Below are positions 47,451 to 61,224 of a stretch of DNA of 64,000 nt, piece by piece. Under the pieces are notes generated by a model. The model did not search any database and had not been told where the DNA came from. It worked only from the letters and a program-made list of their open reading frames with translations. Every line of letters starts with the position of its first letter. Position 1 is the first letter of the stretch. The DNA is from Haliotis cracherodii. Lineage: Eukaryota. The stretch spans positions 1,191,856 to 1,255,855 of the forward strand of contig NW_027266286.1 in NCBI RefSeq assembly GCF_022045235.1, given 5' to 3'. The translations under genes were made by a program, and so were the position numbers.

Positions 47451-49214
47451 TAAGGGGAAAATTTACAGGGGGAAACAAGCCATGACATTTGCTCTCTTAG
47501 ACTTTGTTCAGGTGAGCTATAATACCACCTGTTGTACATACTGAAAACAATCAAAGCATCTATGGTAAAAATTATCTATGAATAAAATGAAAGACATCAA
47601 TAATAACAGATGAAAATAACAAAAAAATGTCTGAAAAAAACCTGCATACACAAAATATTAAACTCATTTACTGCTCTACAGGACTTTCTACTCAACACCC
47701 TGAACGCCATCATTTCTATGTCATGGATAAACAGACACATTCATATACTTGTTCAGGGCCCCGTTGCAACAAAGCGACCTTAGCGCTACGACTGTCGTAA
47801 GTCTATGTTAAGGTATGGGAGTTACAATCACCTTAGCTTAGATAGCTTTGTGCAACAGGGCACAGGAGACCAACAGTACAAAGACTTTGTAATAATTTCT
47901 TTTATTTGGTCTTCAAATAAGAAGGATGCAACATTTCTGTAAGTGTTGACTCCGGACAAACTTACTACGCGCAATTTCTAATGTTTTCAGTTATAACATA
48001 AATTACTTAATCTCTGTGTATAAAAGAAATATTGGCCCAGAAAATACCACTGATTTGTAAATCATCATGTCTAGAAATCTTCATCACAAAATTCACATTT
48101 AAATTGACCAAGTTTGTTCCTGTGCATTCAACGGAAGCAATACAAAGTACATAGTTTAATCCTGAAACTTGTACAGAAGATCGGAGGGTGCACATTACAT
48201 CAATCTCAATAAAATCAGATATTGGTGCTCGCTCCTGCTAAACAAAGATCTGAGTACATTCTATTACAGGTCACGTCAGAATGACTTTTCGCAAACTTTC
48301 ACCGACCAATGAAATGACAAACACGATGTCGACATTAGCCAATCTGAGAGCAGCTTTCTCGAGCTTAGTGGCAGTATAGCTTCTTACTGGCAACGTCAAT
48401 GCGAAACTACGCTTTGAAAAATATTGATTCAAATTTGAAAACTGAACAAATGAAAATTCAGGAATGTTTTAACAGATGGCTGCAATTGAATGGTAGTAAT
48501 TCCGATGGATTTTGGAAAGTCTCTCCCGTTTCAAATGTTTATCCCATTGAAGCAAGAGCAAGACGATGCTTTTGACGCTATCAGTCGTACAGCCCTTCAT
48601 TGTTGTTGGGAATAAACTGTGTTAAGATTTTGAGGTTGCATGATGAGAAAACACATTTCAACTGATACTTTCCCGATCTAGTAAGCGATGCGCTGATTGG
48701 TTGGATGAAAGGTCGTTCTGACGTTTACCCGTAATCCTCACATCTTCATATTCTAATGAGGTTGGCATTACACTCATGTGTGCATCACAAACAAGTCAAT
48801 ATGCTGCTTTAAAGGATGGATCGTGTCAGAAAATGTAACAATTATTTTCCCATAATCAGAAACTGTTATACCTTTATTACTGACTTCTCAAACACATTGT
48901 TGTGAAACAACTCATTTTTTCACAGTACAAAAATAACTTTGTCAGTGATCCTCCTTCAGCAATCAACTGGTCCGCCAGCATGATCATTTGCCCTTGATCA
49001 AAGGGAAGCTACTGAAGTCGGTCAGCGTCACGTCACGTTGTGTTGTATCTGCTTGTCTGTTCAGTCCTTACAATGTCATAACATTACAAAATCAAGTCTG
49101 ATGTCGCACATAGGGAAAAAATAAAACAAAGTAACATTAATGATATATTTCAACCAACTACAACCGTATAAACTTCAGGAAAAGACCCCCAGCAGTGGAG
49201 GCTGACAAGCAGAA

Positions 49215-50040
49215 ACAGAAACGTTCCCCTCATGTTCCTGGATGCTGCACCAGTATATACAATGTTGCCAACACCTGTAAAAGTCGGCAGGAACGTCCCT
49301 GGATGCTGCACCAGTATATACAATGTTGCCAACACCTGTAAAAGTCGGCAGGAACGTCCCTGGATGCTGCACCAGTATATACAATGTTGCCAACACCTGT
49401 AAAAGGCGGCAGGAACGTCCCTGGATGCTGCACCAGTATATACAATGTTGCCAACACCTGTAAAAGTCGGCAGGAATGTCCCTGGATGCTGCACCAGTAT
49501 ATACAATGTTGCCAACACCTGTAAAAGTCGGCAGGAACGTCCCTGGATGCTGCACCAGTATATACAATGTTGCCAACACCTGTAAAAGGCGGCAGGAACG
49601 TCCCTGGATGCTGCACCAGTATATACAATGTTGCCAACACCTGTAAAAGGCGGCAGGAACGTCCCTGGATGCTGCACCAGTATATACAATGTTGCCAACA
49701 CCTGTAAAAGGCTGCAGGAACGTCCCTGGATGCTGCACCAGTATATACAATGTTGCCAACACCTGTAAAAGGCGGCAGGAACGTCCCTGGATGCTGCACC
49801 AGTATATACAATGTTGCCAACACCTGTAAAAGGCTGCAGGAACGTCCCTGGATGCTGCACCAGTATATACAATGTTGCCAACACCTGTAAAAGGCTGCAG
49901 GAACGTCCCTGGATGCTGCACCAGTATATACAATGTTGCCAACACCTGTAAAAGTCGGCAGGAATGTCCCTGGATGCTGCACCAGTATATACAATGTTGC
50001 CAACACCTGTAAAAGTCGGCAGGAACGTCCCTGGATGCTG
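49215..50040. repeat. 61-bp minisatellite gcaggaacgtccctggatgctgcaccagtatatacaatgttgccaacacctgtaaaagKcg (about 13 units)
   Basis: 61-aa periodic ORFs in all three minus frames. Confidence 0.85.
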
Positions 50041-50148
50041 ATTCTGTTATGTAATTAGGTTGGCTAAAAAATCCAATGTTGGCTCCCAGATTGCATTAAG
50101 GAAATACAGTGACATAGAAATCATGCTGAAAACCAACTAACACATCCA

Positions 50149-50577
50149 TTAATTCAAGACAACATGACACTGCATTATGACTTCTGTCTGTACAATGCCC
50201 AAATCATTCAGTATGCGTTGTAAAGTTTTCATTCCTGAGATAGCCATGGTCCTCTTGGTCTCTTTCTGAACCCCGAGCAGCTGGGCTGCGACCGACACCC
50301 AGTCAGAGCCGAGTTCCAGAGTCCCACAGACAAGTGGATGTTTTCTGTCCGTGTCCCGGCAGATGCTAAACCCCCGACTCAGCGATTCATACAGTGTTGG
50401 GGGCATCAAATTATCTCTCAATTTTGGGGGGGTCTTCAGAATTTTATCTTTTTGAGAAGAAACATTGGGCAGGCTGTTAAAGGACAAGGGGAATAACTCT
50501 GGACTGAGAGCCTCTAAGATGCTGAGGATGACGAGGAGCGTGGCCAACAGGTGGAGCATCTCATCAGTCACTGTCAT
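50149..50577 (-). CDS. Candidate secreted protein (142 aa) with N-terminal signal-peptide-like segment MTVTDEMLHLLATLLVILSILEALS; function unknown
   Basis: Non-repetitive ORF lying between arrays, with exon-like codon composition. ttgcag|gtATG lies directly upstream, so the ATG may follow a 3' splice site. A KR dibasic site is present. No homologue recognised. Confidence 0.3.
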   Translation of the reverse strand: MTVTDEMLHLLATLLVILSILEALSPELFPLSFNSLPNVSSQKDKILKTPPKLRDNLMPPTLYESLSRGFSICRDTDRKHPLVCGTLELGSDWVSVAAQLLGVQKETKRTMAISGMKTLQRILNDLGIVQTEVIMQCHVVLN

Positions 50578-50599
50578 ACCTGCAACAGGACACGGTGAT

Positions 50600-50950
50600 C
50601 ACAGATATAAACATAGATAGATCATTAAGATTGTTGCCATGGATAGAAACAGAGATACAGGATGAAGATTGTTGCCATGGATACAAATACAGGATTCAGA
50701 TTGTTGCCATGGATACAAACATATATACAGGATGAAGATTGTTGCCATGGATACAAACATAGATAGATGATTAAGATTGATGCCATGGATAAAAACATAG
50801 ATACAGGATGAAGATTGTTGCCATGGATTCAAACACAGGATTCAGATTGTTGCCATGGATACAAACATATATACAGGATGAAGATTGTTGCCATGGATAC
50901 AAACATAAATTCAGGATGAAGATTGTTGCCATAGATACAAACATAAATAC
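50600..50950. repeat. Irregular 35-40-bp repeats (..gattgttgccatggatacaaacatagatacaggatgaa..)
   Basis: Tandem copies visible. Confidence 0.7.
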
Positions 50951-51349
50951 TGGATTCAAGGTCAAAACTGCTTTAACCACCAGGCTGACCACTCAGGGCC
51001 GTGTTCTAGGACGTGACTTTAGCACTAAGATGATCATAACTTCACACTTTAACACAGACTTACGACAGTCTACCGCTTCCATCGCTTTGTTGAACGGGAC
51101 CCTGGTAAGTAATACTTTAAAGTTTGTAAGACATTCTCACCCAGTGACTTAAGGCCAGCTTCAAATAAACTATTCATGCAGATGTCGCTGTTGATGCCGA
51201 GTAACTGGTCAAGGTCACTACAGAACTCCCAGAATCCATCCTGTGATAAACATAAAAAGGATAATTCTTCTCTCCTCAGACTGAATGAGAAGAATGTCAT
51301 GGGCACAGGAAGCATTGGATAACTGAAGGAAACACAAACTAGAAGGGGT

Positions 51350-52550
51350 GAGCTGACCCAGACCACACCACTCGAAGATCGTAAAGGGGTGAGCTGACTA
51401 ACCCAGACCTCACCACCCGAAGATCGTAAAGGGGTGAGCTAACTAACCCAAACCTCACCACCCGTAGATTGTAAAGGTGTGAGCTAACTAACCCAAACCT
51501 CACCACCCGAAGATTGTAAAGGTGTGAGCTAACTAACCCAGACCTCACCACCTGAAGATCGTAAAGGGGTGAGCTAACTAACCAAAACCTCACCACCCGA
51601 AGATTGTAAAGGTGTGAGCTAACTAACCCAAACCTCACCACTCGAAGATCGTTAAGGGGTGAGCTAACTAACCCAAACCTCACCACCTGAAGATCGTAAA
51701 GGGGTGAGCTGACTAACCCAAACCTCACCACCTGAAGATCGTAAAGGGGTGAGCTGACTAACCCAAACCTCACCACCTGAAGATTGTAAAGGGGTGAGCT
51801 GACTAACCCAAACCTCACCACCCGAAGATCGTAAAGGGGTGAGCTAACTAACCCAAACCTCACCACCTGTAGATTGTAAAGGTGTGAGCTAACTAACCCA
51901 AACCTCACCACCCGAAGATTGTAAAGGTGTGAGCTAACTAACCCAGACCTCACCACCTGAAGATCGTAAAGGGGTGAGCCAACTAACCAAAACCTCACCA
52001 CCCGAAGATTGTAAAGGTGTGAGCTAACTAACCCAAACCTCACCACTCGAAGATCGTTAAGGGGTGAGCTAACTAACCCAAACCTCACCACCTGAAGATC
52101 GTAAAGGGGTGAGCTGACTAACCCAAACCTCACCACCTGAAGATCGTAAAGGGGTGAGCTGACTAACCCAAACCTCACCACCTGAAGATCGTAAAGGGGT
52201 GAGCTGACTAACCCAAACCTCACCACCTGAAGATCGTAAAGGGGTGAGCTGACTAACCCAAACCTCACCACCTGAAGATCGTAAAGGGGTGAGCTGACTA
52301 ACCCAAACCTCACCACCTGAAGATAGTAAAGGTGTGAGCTGACTAACCCAAACCTCACCACCTGAAGATCGTAAAGGGGTGAGCTAACTAACCCAAACCT
52401 CACCACCTGAAGATCGTAAAGGGGTGAGCTAACTAAGCCAAACCTCACCACCTGAAGATCGTAAAGGGGTGAGCTGACTAACCCAAACCTCACCACCTGA
52501 AGATCGTAAAGGGGTGAGCTGACTAACCCAAACCTCTCCACCTGAAGATA
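51350..52550. repeat. 45-bp minisatellite cctcaccacctgaagatcgtaaaggggtgagctRactaacccaaa (about 26 units)
   Basis: 15-aa periodic ORF 51339..52541(-). Confidence 0.85.
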
Positions 52551-53089
52551 GTAAAGGAGTGCTTGATCCTTAAGGGGTACTCAGAGGGTACCCTAACAAA
52601 CATCAATCGGAGTTTGATCAGAAAGGGGTGCTTAATATTTGCAGATGGGCTTAGGTAAACAACAGCCTTATTGCATAAAGCAGTCAGTGGAAAGACTCAT
52701 CTGAACTCGAGACAAAACCCATTACTCCAGAGGTACACAACAACTTTCAGTTGGCCATATTTACCTACAAATACATCTACAGTGAGTGGGTGACTGGGTG
52801 AGTGAGTTGGATATAAGGCAGCTTTTAACAGTATTCCAGTCATATCACGGCGTGTCAGCTTAATGGAACCTTTCGCAAGATAAAATTTTGATCTTTACAA
52901 ACATGTAAAATTACATGTACAGCCAAGGGCATAGAAACCTAAAAGTAATTACTAGTCTACATAATTATATTACCATATATATGTGGAAATTAATGCATCT
53001 CCAAATTAATATGACTGCTGCCCAAAGACAAAAATATGCTCAATAAAATGACTCCCCCCACTCCAACCCTAGTGGACTGATACATATCC

Positions 53090-53720
53090 TTACCTTACTC
53101 TAACCCTACCTTACTCTAACCTCACCTTACTCTAACCTTACCTTACTCTAACCCTACCTTACTCTAACCTCACCTTACTCTAACCTTACCTTACTCTAAC
53201 CTTACCTTACTCTAACCCTACCTTACTCTAACCTTACCTTACTCTAACCCTACCTTACTCTAACCCTACCTTACTCTAACCTCACCTTACTCTAACCCTA
53301 CCTTACTCTAACCCTACCTTACTCTAACCCTACCTTACTCTAACCTCACCTTACTCTAACCCTACCTTACTCTAACCCTACCTTACTCTAACCTTACCTT
53401 ACTCTAACCTTACCTTACCTTACCTTACTCTAACCTTACCTTACTCTAACCCTACCTTACTCTAACCTTACCTTACTCTAACCTTACCTTACTCTAACCC
53501 TACCTTACTCTAACCTTACCTTACACTAACCTTACCTTACTCTAACCTTACCTTACTCTAACCCTACCTTACTCTAACCTTACCTTACTCTAACCTTACC
53601 TTACTCTAACCCTACCTTACTCTAACCCTACCTTACTCTAACCTTACCTTACACTAACCTTACCTTACACTAACCTTACCTTGCTCTAACCTTACCTTAC
53701 TCTAACCCTACCTTAATTGA
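53090..53720. repeat. 16-bp minisatellite taccttactctaaccY
   Basis: Tandem copies visible. Confidence 0.85.
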
Positions 53721-54129
53721 ATCAAACAGCAAATATAACCCCTTATTAGCACTGAATAGAGCACTTCCATAAAAACAACACACAGTTTATATGTTTACTC
53801 TGTTGATCTGCATTAAGGAAGTTTAAAGGCAATAAAATAACTAAATCAACAACAGTTCACTGATTGATATCCGGAGCTTGACACGAGTGGGTACAATTCT
53901 TGACCCCAGCACTGATAACTCACTGGATGCCTGTTGTGTTATTCCTATTCTTTGAATGACATTGTTATATACTTGTTACAACTGCTGCTCAATAAACAGT
54001 GTTTGTGTTTATATTCAAGTAGGTATTTCCGCTGTCAGAAGTGTGCAGTGAGGCTGTCTTATTGTTGCCAGTTCTTTGGAGACATAAGTGTGAAGCTAAT
54101 TAAAGCAAGCAAAGACCACTCACATAATT

Positions 54130-54792
54130 TCAACATCTACAGTATGCCTGCCAAAAAGCCAGTTCACCTACCTTTCGCTGCAGCATGAGAAGCAGGTCAA
54201 TATCAGCAGCAGTGATGTTCCCCCTGCCCTCCCGGAGACAGGGCACCGGCACTTCGGGACCAATCTTCGTCACCATCGTCGTCAGTTCCATCGCTCCACT
54301 TGGACTCCCTTCACTCACAGCGCAGGAGGACAGTGTTTCATACACGTCTATATGTTCAAATTCAGGAAGTTTCCCTTCTAGACTTGCTTTTTTGCATTTT
54401 TTTTTTCTACGATAGGCTGCCATCGATTCCTCAGATATGTCAAGATAGGTGGCCTTCTTGAAAAGCGCAGCTGGTGCAGAATCTTCTTGTATTTCAAGTT
54501 GACGGACAGTTACTTTCTTCTTCAGGGCTGCCCTAATCATCATTGGCGTCGGAGCCTTGTCAAATCGGAGTGAGAATTTTTCGTTTGATTGCTGCACTGC
54601 TGGGGTCAAATCTCTGTCCGGAGACACCCTCGTGTCAGCAGAACGATACCTACTGTGGAATGATAAGGAATGTGAACTAATATAAGGAATGTAAGGAACA
54701 CCAGAAGCCTGGAACACCATATCAGACCAGAAAGGGCAGTGAAGACAAATGAAACAACAGAAGACTAAACAGACATGCTGGGTGGGTGTCAA
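54130..54792 (-). CDS. Coding-like ORF (220 aa) of unknown function; its 5' 220 bp is duplicated at 56085-56317
   Basis: Non-periodic open frame (..KKATYLDISEESMAAYRRKKKCKK..GNITAADIDLLLMLQRK..). May be an exon or a TE ORF. No splice sites resolved. Confidence 0.2.
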   Translation of the reverse strand: MTPTQHVCLVFCCFICLHCPFWSDMVFQASGVPYIPYISSHSLSFHSRYRSADTRVSPDRDLTPAVQQSNEKFSLRFDKAPTPMMIRAALKKKVTVRQLEIQEDSAPAALFKKATYLDISEESMAAYRRKKKCKKASLEGKLPEFEHIDVYETLSSCAVSEGSPSGAMELTTMVTKIGPEVPVPCLREGRGNITAADIDLLLMLQRKVGELAFWQAYCRC

Positions 54793-54829
54793 TGAGGGGT
54801 GGGGATGTACCTGAGGGGTGTACCTGGGG

Positions 54830-55960
54830 GGTGTACCTGGGGGGTGTACCTGGGTGTGTACCTAGGGGATGTCAGTGTGTACCTGGGGGGTGTACCTGGG
54901 TGTGTACCTAGGGGATGTCAGTGTGTACCTGCGGGATGTCATTGTGTACCTGGGGGGTGTATCTGCGGGATGTCAGTGTGTACCTCGGGGATGTCAGTGT
55001 GTACCTGGGGGATGTCAGTGTGTACCTGGGGGATGTCAGTGTGTACCTGGGGGATGTCAGTGTGTACCTGGGGGATGTCAGTGTGTACCTGGGGGATGTC
55101 AGTGTGTACCTGGGGGATGTCAATGTGTACCTGGGGGATGTCAGTGTGTACCTGGGGGATGTCAGTGTGTACCTGGGGGATGTCAGTGTGTACCTGGGGG
55201 ATGTCAGTGTGTACCTGGAGGATGTCAGTGTGTACCTGGGGGATGTCAGTGTGTACCTCGGGGATGTCAGTGTGTACCTGGGGGATGTCAGTGTGTACCT
55301 GGGGGATGTCAGTGTGTACCTGGGGGATGTCAGTGTGTACCTCGGGGATGTCAGTGTGTACCTGCGGGATGTCAGTGTGTACCTGGGGGATGTCAGTGTG
55401 TACCTGGGGGATGTCAGTGTGTACCTCGGGGATGTCAGTGTGTACCTGGGGGATGTCAGTGTGTACCTGGGGGATGTCAGTGTGTACTTGGGGGATGTCA
55501 GTGTGTACCTGGGGGATGTCAGTGTGTACCTAGGGGATGTCGGTGTGTACCTGGGGGATGTCAGTGTGTACCTGGGAGATGTCTTGTCAGTGTGTACCTG
55601 GGGGATATCAGTGTGTACCTGGGGGATGTCAGTGTGTACCTGGGGGATGTCAGTGTGTACCTGGGGGTTGTCAGTGTGTACCTGGGGGTTGTCAGTGTGT
55701 ACCTGGGGGGTGTACCTGGGGGATGTCAGTGTGTACCTGGGGGATGTCAGTGTGTACCTGCGGGATGTCAGTGTGTACCTGGGGGATGTCAGTGTGTACC
55801 TGGGGGATGTCAGTGTGTACCTGGGGGATGTCAGTGTGTACCTGGGGGATGTCAGTGTGTACCTGCGGGATGTCAGTGTGTACCTGGGGGATGTCAGTGT
55901 GTACCTGCGGGATGTCAGTGTGTACCTGGGGGATGTCAGTGTGTACCTGGTACGTTCTGT
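54830..55960. repeat. 21-bp minisatellite gggggatgtcagtgtgtacct (about 52 units), sitting between two copies of a duplicated about 220-bp segment (54575-54792 and 56085-56317)
   Basis: Flank cgtttgattgctgcactRctggggtcaaatctctgtccggagacaccctcgtgtcagcagaacgatacctactgtggaatgataaggaatgtgaa.. is present on both sides. Confidence 0.85.
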
Positions 55961-56489
55961 TTCTTTCTTCTTCGGGGCAACCTTGCATTGGAATCCACGT
56001 GGGCTTGAAGCCTGTCTCCTAATCACTGGCTCCCTAGCCTTGTCATATCGGACTCCTCTCCATCCTCCTTTCGGAACCGAGGCTTTTTCGTTTGATTGCT
56101 GCACTACTGGGGTCAAATCTCTGTCCGGAGACACCCTCGTGTCAGCAGAACGATACCTACTGTGGAATGATAAGGAATGTGAAGTAATATAAGGAATGTA
56201 AGGAAAACCAGAAGCCTGGAACACCATATCAGACCAGAAAGGGCAGTGAAGACAAATGAAACAACAGAAGACTAAACAGACCTGCTGACAGTTCATTACA
56301 TATATACTGAACAACAAAAATTACTGTGACATTTAACAAGATTTATTGCAAAGTTATGTTTTTTACCAAATCTGAAACAATTAGGGTTTGCAACAGATAA
56401 AAGACTCCTGTAAGTGTTCAAATGGTTTAATTTGCCATACTGACTTCAGAAAATGTGTGATTTCATGAAAAATACATGAACATGGCAAA

Positions 56490-57100
56490 ATGTCAATTTA
56501 CAAATCAATAGCGTGTGTGTCCACCTCTGGTTGCGATGCAAGCAACACATCTTCGTCTCATGGAATGGACCAGGTGTCGCACAAAGTCCTGTGGGATATC
56601 TGTCTATATCTGCTGGAGCATGTTTAGAAGTTTCTGGAGTGTCTGTGGAACACGTGGTTGACGTTGAAGGCGCTGATCCATCTCATCCCACACGTGCTCG
56701 ATTGATCAGAGATCAGGGGAGTGAGCTGGCCAGGGGATGACATTCACACATTGTTTTGTTGAAGAGAATCCTGAACAAGTCGAGTAATATGAGGCCAGGC
56801 GTTGTCGTGTTGAAAGGTAATGCCTGGGCCATGACGATGCAAAAACGGTAGAACAACAGGGCTGATGATCTTGTCCCGGTAGTGCTGTCCATTGAGATTT
56901 CCCTCTACCACAATCAAATGGGTCCTCTATCTTGCTGTAATCCCACCGCATACCTTAACGCTGCCGCCCCCGAACCGATCTTCTTCCATGACACAAAGAT
57001 TTATGTAACGTTCACATCGAAGTAGGTACACTCAAATCCGTCCATTGCTGTGGCTGAGGTGAAAACGAGACTCGTCAGTGAATAGAACTTCTCCCATAAC
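56490..57100 (-). pseudogene. Tc1/mariner-family transposase catalytic (DDE) region remnant with stops and frameshifts
   Basis: Minus-strand translation gives ..EVLFTDESRFHLSHSNGRIWV..DRFGGGSVKVCGGI..EGNLNGQHYRDKIISPVVLPFL..ITFQHDNAWPHITRLVQDSL..VIPWPAHSPDL.. across two frames. These are the hallmark Tc1 motifs FSDESRF, QQDNAPxH and WPxxSPDLNPIE. Confidence 0.75.
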
Positions 57101-60100
57101 AGGGCTTGATCTTCAATCGTCAGCAATGGTGTCTTCGCAGTGGTATATTTTTTTCACCCAATCTGATTGGCTGGCTGAGAGTGGAAAGTTGTGTCATCAC
57201 GTTTTGATTGGCTGGCTAAAAATAATTGACGGCACTTTTTTCGGATGGGGATACCCGAGGTCGTCTAGTACAGGAAATCCCCAGCTGGCAAAACATTACC
57301 GTAGTGACGATGTTTCCACTGCCGAAAGTTGGTGACCGAGAGAAAATTTGTGGAATTTCGGCTTCCCAATGTACCAGATTCAGTTGCAGAATGAGAAGAC
57401 GGTAACCGAAGCGAGATACCGCATTGATATCACGGGACCAGGGGAGCAACTCCGGTACATTCTTTACTGGGCGTTTTCAAGGCTAATAACAAAGCTAATG
57501 AAACAGTTAATTAATTCATGTAAAAATACCGATGAAATAGTGAAAATAACCATATTGTTTGGTATTTTTTTTTAAAATAACTATCAACCACATAAGAAAT
57601 GTCACGTTATAACGAAGTGTTGATCTAGAGCCGATCAATCAAAAACATATGTCATAGTTATATTAAAATAATCGAGACTTAAATTTCATATTTTGAGAAA
57701 ATAAACACTCAGATAATTTGGTTCTGAAGCAATACTCAATTTTAAAGCAGCAAACGATCAATCTTTGTCGGACGGTCCATACATCTCACGACCAAGATGT
57801 TTTGCAACCACAGCAGTTGTTTCCCCTTTCAACAGGTGGAGTTTATCCAGATCAATATAATTAATGTATTTTGGCCTATAATAACTTGGTGTTTTTTAAA
57901 CATGAAGACTTCAATTATTTAAACATACTATCTCAGGACAATTAAGAAACTCATAATGAAAAAAACATTACCCAGTTTAACGTTGAACGATTAAGTCATA
58001 CCTAAATCTATATAAACAAAGTAATATATGTATTTATATTTTTTCTTAACTATTTTGATTTCTGGTAGGGAGCAGACAAAATGATGAAGATAAGATGGTG
58101 GGCGTCAATCAACCTTATCAGGTATTTTTTTCAAAAACAGTAATTTGTTTTAAAAACAATGATGTACATTTATGCATCTTAAAATATAATTTGTATTTTA
58201 GATAGGATGAAATAATCTCAAAATTAATTTCATATTATTAGTTTTAGGTAGAAACTCAATATCACAGTTAATTACAGTCATGCCCCGCTTCTACGGACTT
58301 CAAATATCCGAAAACCTCGGTTCCCGGACGATTTTCATTCAAAACGAAATATTTACTATATAAATTTACCCGTATATTCAGTTTCCGGAACCGGATGGTC
58401 ATTTTCATACACAAAACACTGAAATGCACACAAAATTGTCTCACTTACCCGGGCAATACACTTCCGCTGGTGGTAATCCTTTGATTCGTGAGAAGTCAAT
58501 TAACCAAGTGACAATGAGTTATGTTTGAGACGAGCTTGTTTATTGTACATGTAATCCCATTTGATAGCTTGTGCTTGTATAGAGACCTTGATTACAGGAG
58601 ATCTGGACAATTTGGAATTATTGTTTAAAATTCAAACCTCAAAATGTGGTAAAGTTCAAACTTCCATGACAGACTTTTTGAAACGTGTATGTCTTGAATA
58701 AAGATTGAGTGGATGTATCTGTTTGCTCTGTCATCTGTCATGAGTTGCATAATTGAAGGGAAGTAACTCTTCCAGTAAGAATCTGGTTTCAGTTATACGG
58801 AAATCCGTTTATACGGACGAATTGTGAAATGACGCAAGTGTCTGTATAAACGAGGCACAACTGTATTTTCAGAGTTAACAGACAATACAGGGTTATGTTG
58901 ATTGGGTGTCCACAATGATAACTGACCATTGATGGTATCCCTAACAGAAGCACAGACTTTGTGTCACAATACCCAACAACAAAGCTCACATCATTAACAC
59001 ATGTAGAATTATGTTTGTCTCAAGTATATTCTTCAAACCAAAGATTTATTATTTACCATGTTTACTGGAAAAAAAACACTTCTTTAATAATGCAATTGTT
59101 ATATTATCATAGCAGATAAAGAGCCCCAATATGCAAAGCTAGCTTGATTTTAATGATAATTATTTAGCATTTCTTGGGATGATAAACTGGACATATGACA
59201 AAATAAGAAATGTATTTTTATTTAATATTCTCCCATTACAAAGTTTACAGTGGTTTATTTTTTTCACATAATCTAATTAGCTGCCTGGGAGTGGAAAGCT
59301 GTGTCGCTATTTTAATCAGAGACCTTAAATTATTCTAATGTGTAAATTTTCAGAACATGGTAAGGAAAGAAAAACTGAAATTTATGGGTGATGAAGAAAT
59401 GACGAACAAGAGGTCGTCTTATAACATTTTACCATAAACCTCATTTCTCTACATTAGCAATGTCTGATTTTAATTTTAATACTTTTTACCAAAACAAATC
59501 ACATATGAACAGGTCACTAACATACATATTTTTTATTATGTCTTGTCATGAAGACAAAAGGAAGAAAATGTTAATTTTAAATTACCTATTATCAGTAAGT
59601 CTTAACTTCTAATCTGATTATAAAAAAAAAGAATAAAGTTTGGAGGTAAATTTTGCAGTAAAATAATAATGTAAATTACAAGGGTATTAAAATGCAAATA
59701 TTTGTAGAACTACTGAAATGATAATTTATTGTTTACATATAGTCTATCCTATGTATTTATGTATAAATTCACATTGTTTCTTGTCATTCACAAATATGGG
59801 GAAATTAGATGACTCATTTAGTAACATTTTTGGTGTCATGATGTTAAATATTATGTTCAAAAGAAAAATTGTCCATTGAATAAGTTTGTTTTGTTATACA
59901 TGCTCATCATGTTCAGGAACCAAAAAAAATAGAAGATGACATGAAATAATCATCATTTTACATATTAAATTATTCACTAAGTTTTAAAGAGGAAAATTCA
60001 TCCAAAAATATTACAATCCATTGATGGATTTGAGAAGATTTAATTAGCTGGTCTGTTGCCCCAGTTGGTATTTACAGAATCTTGCCTGATCAATCCTGCT

Positions 60101-61093
60101 GACAGTTGCTTGGGCCCTTGTTTTTCGTTAACAATATTTCACAATATTTAAGACAATATATAATTTCCCCTTAATTGGGTTTATAACATTTGTTTCTAAC
60201 AAACAAATAAATGAATAACGTATTTACTACACTAAAAAGGTGGGCCTATTTAGTGTTGCGCATTGAGAATTATAGTCACGGCGAGACGAATGCAAATAAA
60301 GTTAGGGGCCATTTAATCCAAAATCTTTAACAACTAGAAAGTGTTTTTACTCGTAAAAACATATGTCTCCCCCCACTCCCCTAACCCCCATTCATTCGTT
60401 TACTTAACGTTAAACCCCATCTCTTCATTCCCACCCTCCATTACTAAATAACAGAGACAAAAACAGAACTCCTAGAAATTTCAAACAACTAATGGGCACC
60501 ACTTCAGTGCTGGGTTAATGTGTATACAAAGTTTCGCGAAAAAATATTAAACGGTTTCTGAGTTATGGTCAGGGAACAAAGCTTACCCCCATTCAGAGCC
60601 TCTGTTCAACTTATCTCCATGGAAACGAGAAAAAATAAAAATGTCAAAAATCTCTATATAGCAAAAGGCACCACTTCAGTGCTGGGTTAATGTGTATACA
60701 AAGTTTCGCGAAAAAATATTAAACGGTTATGGTCCGGAAACGGTGGGAACGCCGACGCCGACGCTGACGCCGACGGGAACCGTGCCAAAAACAATATGTC
60801 TCCCTCCATTCTGGGAGAGACATAAATATCAAATCACATTACGAATTCTCAAAACATTACTCCCATCAGCTTTTAATAGTTAACAAAAAATATAACATGA
60901 ATGCTATCAAGTGGCTTGCCTGTCACGGAAAACTTGTGTGAGTTGTCTTCGCTAGATCCTTTTTACCTGTTTATGGTGCAGTTGTCTTAGTGAGCATAGT
61001 CGAAAACGAGGCTGGGGGGAATCCCAAGTGGTTACTAAACACAGGAAATCTTCAACAAAGCTCGACTTTTTTTGGCGTATTGTTATGGGAGAA

Positions 61094-61224
61094 AAAGGAT
61101 TAACCAGTGTGTTCGGTTGTTACCGAAAAATCTACACACTCGGCAAAGCCTCGTTCTAATCATGACAGATCAATCACTCGTGTGTAGATTTTTCGGTAAC
61201 AACCGAACACCGTGGTTAATCCTC
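61094..61224. repeat. Perfect 43-bp inverted repeat (ggattaaccagtgtgttcggttgttaccgaaaaatctacacac / RC) around a 45-bp loop, at the 3' edge of the Tc1 N-terminal fragment
   Basis: 61094-61136 is the exact reverse complement of 61182-61224. Confidence 0.8.
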
